Assembly: GCF_032444005.1 (NCBI RefSeq)
Contig: NC_091283.1
Location: 307,272,001-307,336,000 of the forward strand
DNA: 64,000 nucleotides
Origin: Ranitomeya imitator
Taxonomy: Eukaryota
Direction: 5' to 3'
Part shown: positions 61,497-64,000 of the stretch, one piece after another
Layout: the number at the start of each line of letters is the position of its first letter
Position numbering within the stretch: position 1 is the first letter of the stretch
Notes under the pieces: model-generated
Databases searched by the model: none
What the model was told of the DNA's origin: nothing
Seen by the model: the letters and a program-made list of their open reading frames with translations, nothing else
Translations under genes and position numbers: made by a program

Positions 61497-62980
61497 TGGA
61501 GCGCCCCCAGACACAGGGCCACGGGGTACTCGATTCGGGGTTATCACAGTGGCTGGACCCGATCTGTGACCCTGCTAAGGGGTGTCCAATGAAAGGTGAT
61601 GGTGCGTGGTGCAAGGTGCGAGGAATAACGAGGATACAGGGTTGCAGTCTCTTTACCTTTTACTGAAGGTTTCAGGATCCTCAATCCAGAGCACTGTCAA
61701 CAGGGCTGTCTGAGACCGGCCGGTCCAAAGGCACATCCAGAGTTCCCTTTGCAGGTGGAAATCAGTGCCTACCAACTAGCGCCTGTGTGTTGTAGTTCTT
61801 CCCTGCTGGGCATTCGGGATAGTCCTCACAACTTCTGTTCTCGTTCTTTCTAGATCTTTCTCTCTCTGTCCCCCAGGTTTGTTATGGCTAGGACGCACCT
61901 TTATGACACCTAGGCCTGGAGTTATTCTGGGACCCTAGTGTCGCCCCTCTCCCACGATTGCCTCCTATGTCCTTTTTAGGCGATGTTTGGTAGACAGCCA
62001 GCCTGTAATTAACTGTCCTGCCGCTGTTTGAAGTAATGCGTGGAGACTGTTACTTCCTCGGTGCTCCGGCCACCGGCTACGCGCCTCAGTAGGATGTTGC
62101 CGTTCTCGGGGCACGACTCCTACTGGCTCTCCTTTGTACTTGATCTCTTTTCTCACTGTCCACAATATGCTTCGCTTCGTGTCCTTTCTTTAGATACCGC
62201 CGCAAGGTAGTGCAGGCGCGGTTCCGTAACAATCTGTCCTTTCGGCTAGGTACCTGCCAGATTCCCAGTTCTGACAGGTCCTGCCTGGAGCTCTCCCAGG
62301 CAGCATTCTTCCTGACTTCCTGTCCAACCCCTAGTTTTACCAGTGTGAGGAGTGACCTAATAAATAGTGCCTTTTGCTCCCCCTAGTGTCCGGAGTGTGA
62401 AGTGTAATGTGTGCTGTGATACCTGGTCAGATGAACTCCTTTAGTGCAATCAGACATAACATCGCCCTCCTTAGCGGCAGAGCGACATTACTGCAACAAC
62501 CAGGTCTCTGGGGCGCTGCACTCCCCCCCGGTTAAATCCAGTACTCCCGGACTGGGAAAAGAAGAATAACAATACATGTTAATAGAAAACACACAAAATT
62601 CTTGTATACTATGAACAAATAAATATAACAGTGCTTTCCGTTATGGAAGGTAAGGACGCTTGAACGTTGCAAAAGATTGGTCATGCACAGTCCATGACTC
62701 CCAGTTCAGTAGGTGCAACCATAGAACAGCAGGGACCCCGGGTAAACAAAGGGGCCCCTGTGAAAGTTTTGGAGTGATTCACTGTCCATCACACCATTGT
62801 CCATTTTTAAACCTATAACACAGATATTTACACAAGCATTTTCAACCAAATAGCAACTATCGTTAATATCTCCAAGGTCTATAGCAAACTGAAGTCTGAT
62901 CCTTGGTGCTACGCGTAGACCTCCGTGGCGCAGGGGTTGCTACTGGCCTGACAGGACCCGCTACGCTTGCTATCGCTAGT
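61497..62980 (-). mobile_element. LTR (61497-62520) with PPT and adjacent internal sequence of an LTR retrotransposon
   Basis: TGGAGCGCCCC...GGGGCGCTGCA termini; CTCCCCCCC immediately after it (minus-strand purine tract). Confidence 0.65.
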
Positions 62981-62981
62981 T

Positions 62982-63353
62982 ACATAGTTACATAGTTATT
63001 AAGGTTGAAGGAAGACTATAAGTCCATCTAGTTCAACCCATAGCCTAACCTAACATGCCCTAACATGTTGATCCAGAGGAAGGCAAAAAAACCTGTGTGG
63101 CAAAGAGTAAGCTCGACATTGGGGAAAAAAATTCCTTCCCGACTCCACATATGGCAATCAGACTAGTTCCCTGGATCAACGCCCTATCAAGGAATCTAGT
63201 GTATATACCCTGTAACATTATGCTTTTCCAGAAAGGTATCCAGTCCCCTCTTAAATTTAAGTAATGAATCACTCATTACAACATCATACGGCAGAGAGTT
63301 CCATAGTCTCACTGCTTTTACAGTAAAGAATCCGCGTCTGTTATTATGCTTAA
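62982..63353 (-). mobile_element. CR1 LINE 3' end
   Basis: Minus strand KHNNRRGFFTVKAVRLWNSLPYDVV...KFKRGLDTFLEKHNVTGY*; 8-bp (TAACTATG)n tail. Confidence 0.9.
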
Positions 63354-64000
63354 CCCCTTCGCGCCATGCGCCGTACTAGTACTGCGCTGCCGGCACTGCA
63401 TTTGTGCCAGCAGCAGTACTAGTACGGCGCACCGATCACCGCGGTCTTGCGCTGAGCGCCGCGGTGATCGGGTGCGGGTGTCAGCTGTATATGACAGCTG
63501 ACACCCCGCAGCAATGCCCACGATTGGCGCTATCGCCGATCGCGGGCATTTAACCCCTCTGATGCCGCTGTCAGTAGTGACAGCGGCATAGAGGGGGATC
63601 GCGCAGGGACGGGGGCTCCCTGCGCTCTCCCACCGGAGCAACGCAATGAGATCGCGTTGCTCCGGTGACCCGGAAGGAGTCCCCGGATCCAAGATGGCCG
63701 CCGGACTCCTTCCGGGTCATGAAATGACCTGGCTAGCCGGCACCTGCTGAGAGCAGGCGCTGGAAAGCCAGCTAAACTGCCTGTCAGATCGTTGATCTGA
63801 CAGTGTGCTATGCACAGTGTCAGATCAGCGATCTGATCTAATACAGAGATGTCCCACCCTGGGACAATGTTAGAAAGTTAAAAAAAAAAAAAAATAGAAT
63901 GTGTAAAAAAAAAAAAAAAAAAAAATCCCCAAATAAAAAAAAAAAACATTACCCAATAAATCCATTTATTTATGTAAAAAAAAAAAAACAATAAATGTAC
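63354..64000 (+). mobile_element. Left end of a piggyBac-like non-autonomous element (runs off the window)
   Basis: TTAA (63350-63353)-CCCCTT; shares GGGTGTCAGCTG, GATCCAA.ATGGCCGCC and CCCTGGGACAA blocks with 6986-7600. Confidence 0.85.

Overview
Eukaryotic, repeat-dense, vertebrate-type genomic DNA, most likely from a frog (inferred from the Xenopus-type FAX/KRAB-like zinc-finger gene, T2/Kolobok MITEs, and DIRS, Penelope, Rex1, L2 and CR1 elements). One host gene is supportable: a minus-strand C2H2 zinc-finger gene with 6 coding exons (39863 to 14433, 2772 nt, 923 aa, 22 intact fingers). Its introns hold two DIRS tyrosine-recombinase retrotransposons, a chromodomain Gypsy element with a Tf1-type self-priming site, and a related solo LTR. 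About 500 bp upstream of its putative first exon, on the same strand, is a young 7.5-kb retrovirus-like provirus (41421-48955). It has near-identical 669-bp LTRs, a GTGTT target-site duplication (TSD), gag and pol joined in frame across a UGA-CARYYA readthrough context, two RNase H domains, and an env remnant that does not look like a gamma-type TM protein; a lokiretrovirus-like assignment is inferred. Its 3' LTR has captured a Penelope-like fold-back insert carrying a minimal hammerhead ribozyme on the proviral sense strand. The rest is nested L1, L2, CR1, Penelope, Tc1, piggyBac-like, Harbinger-like and hAT-like remnants plus minisatellites. All alignments were made by eye. Junctions with TSDs were counted base by base; other boundaries are approximate.
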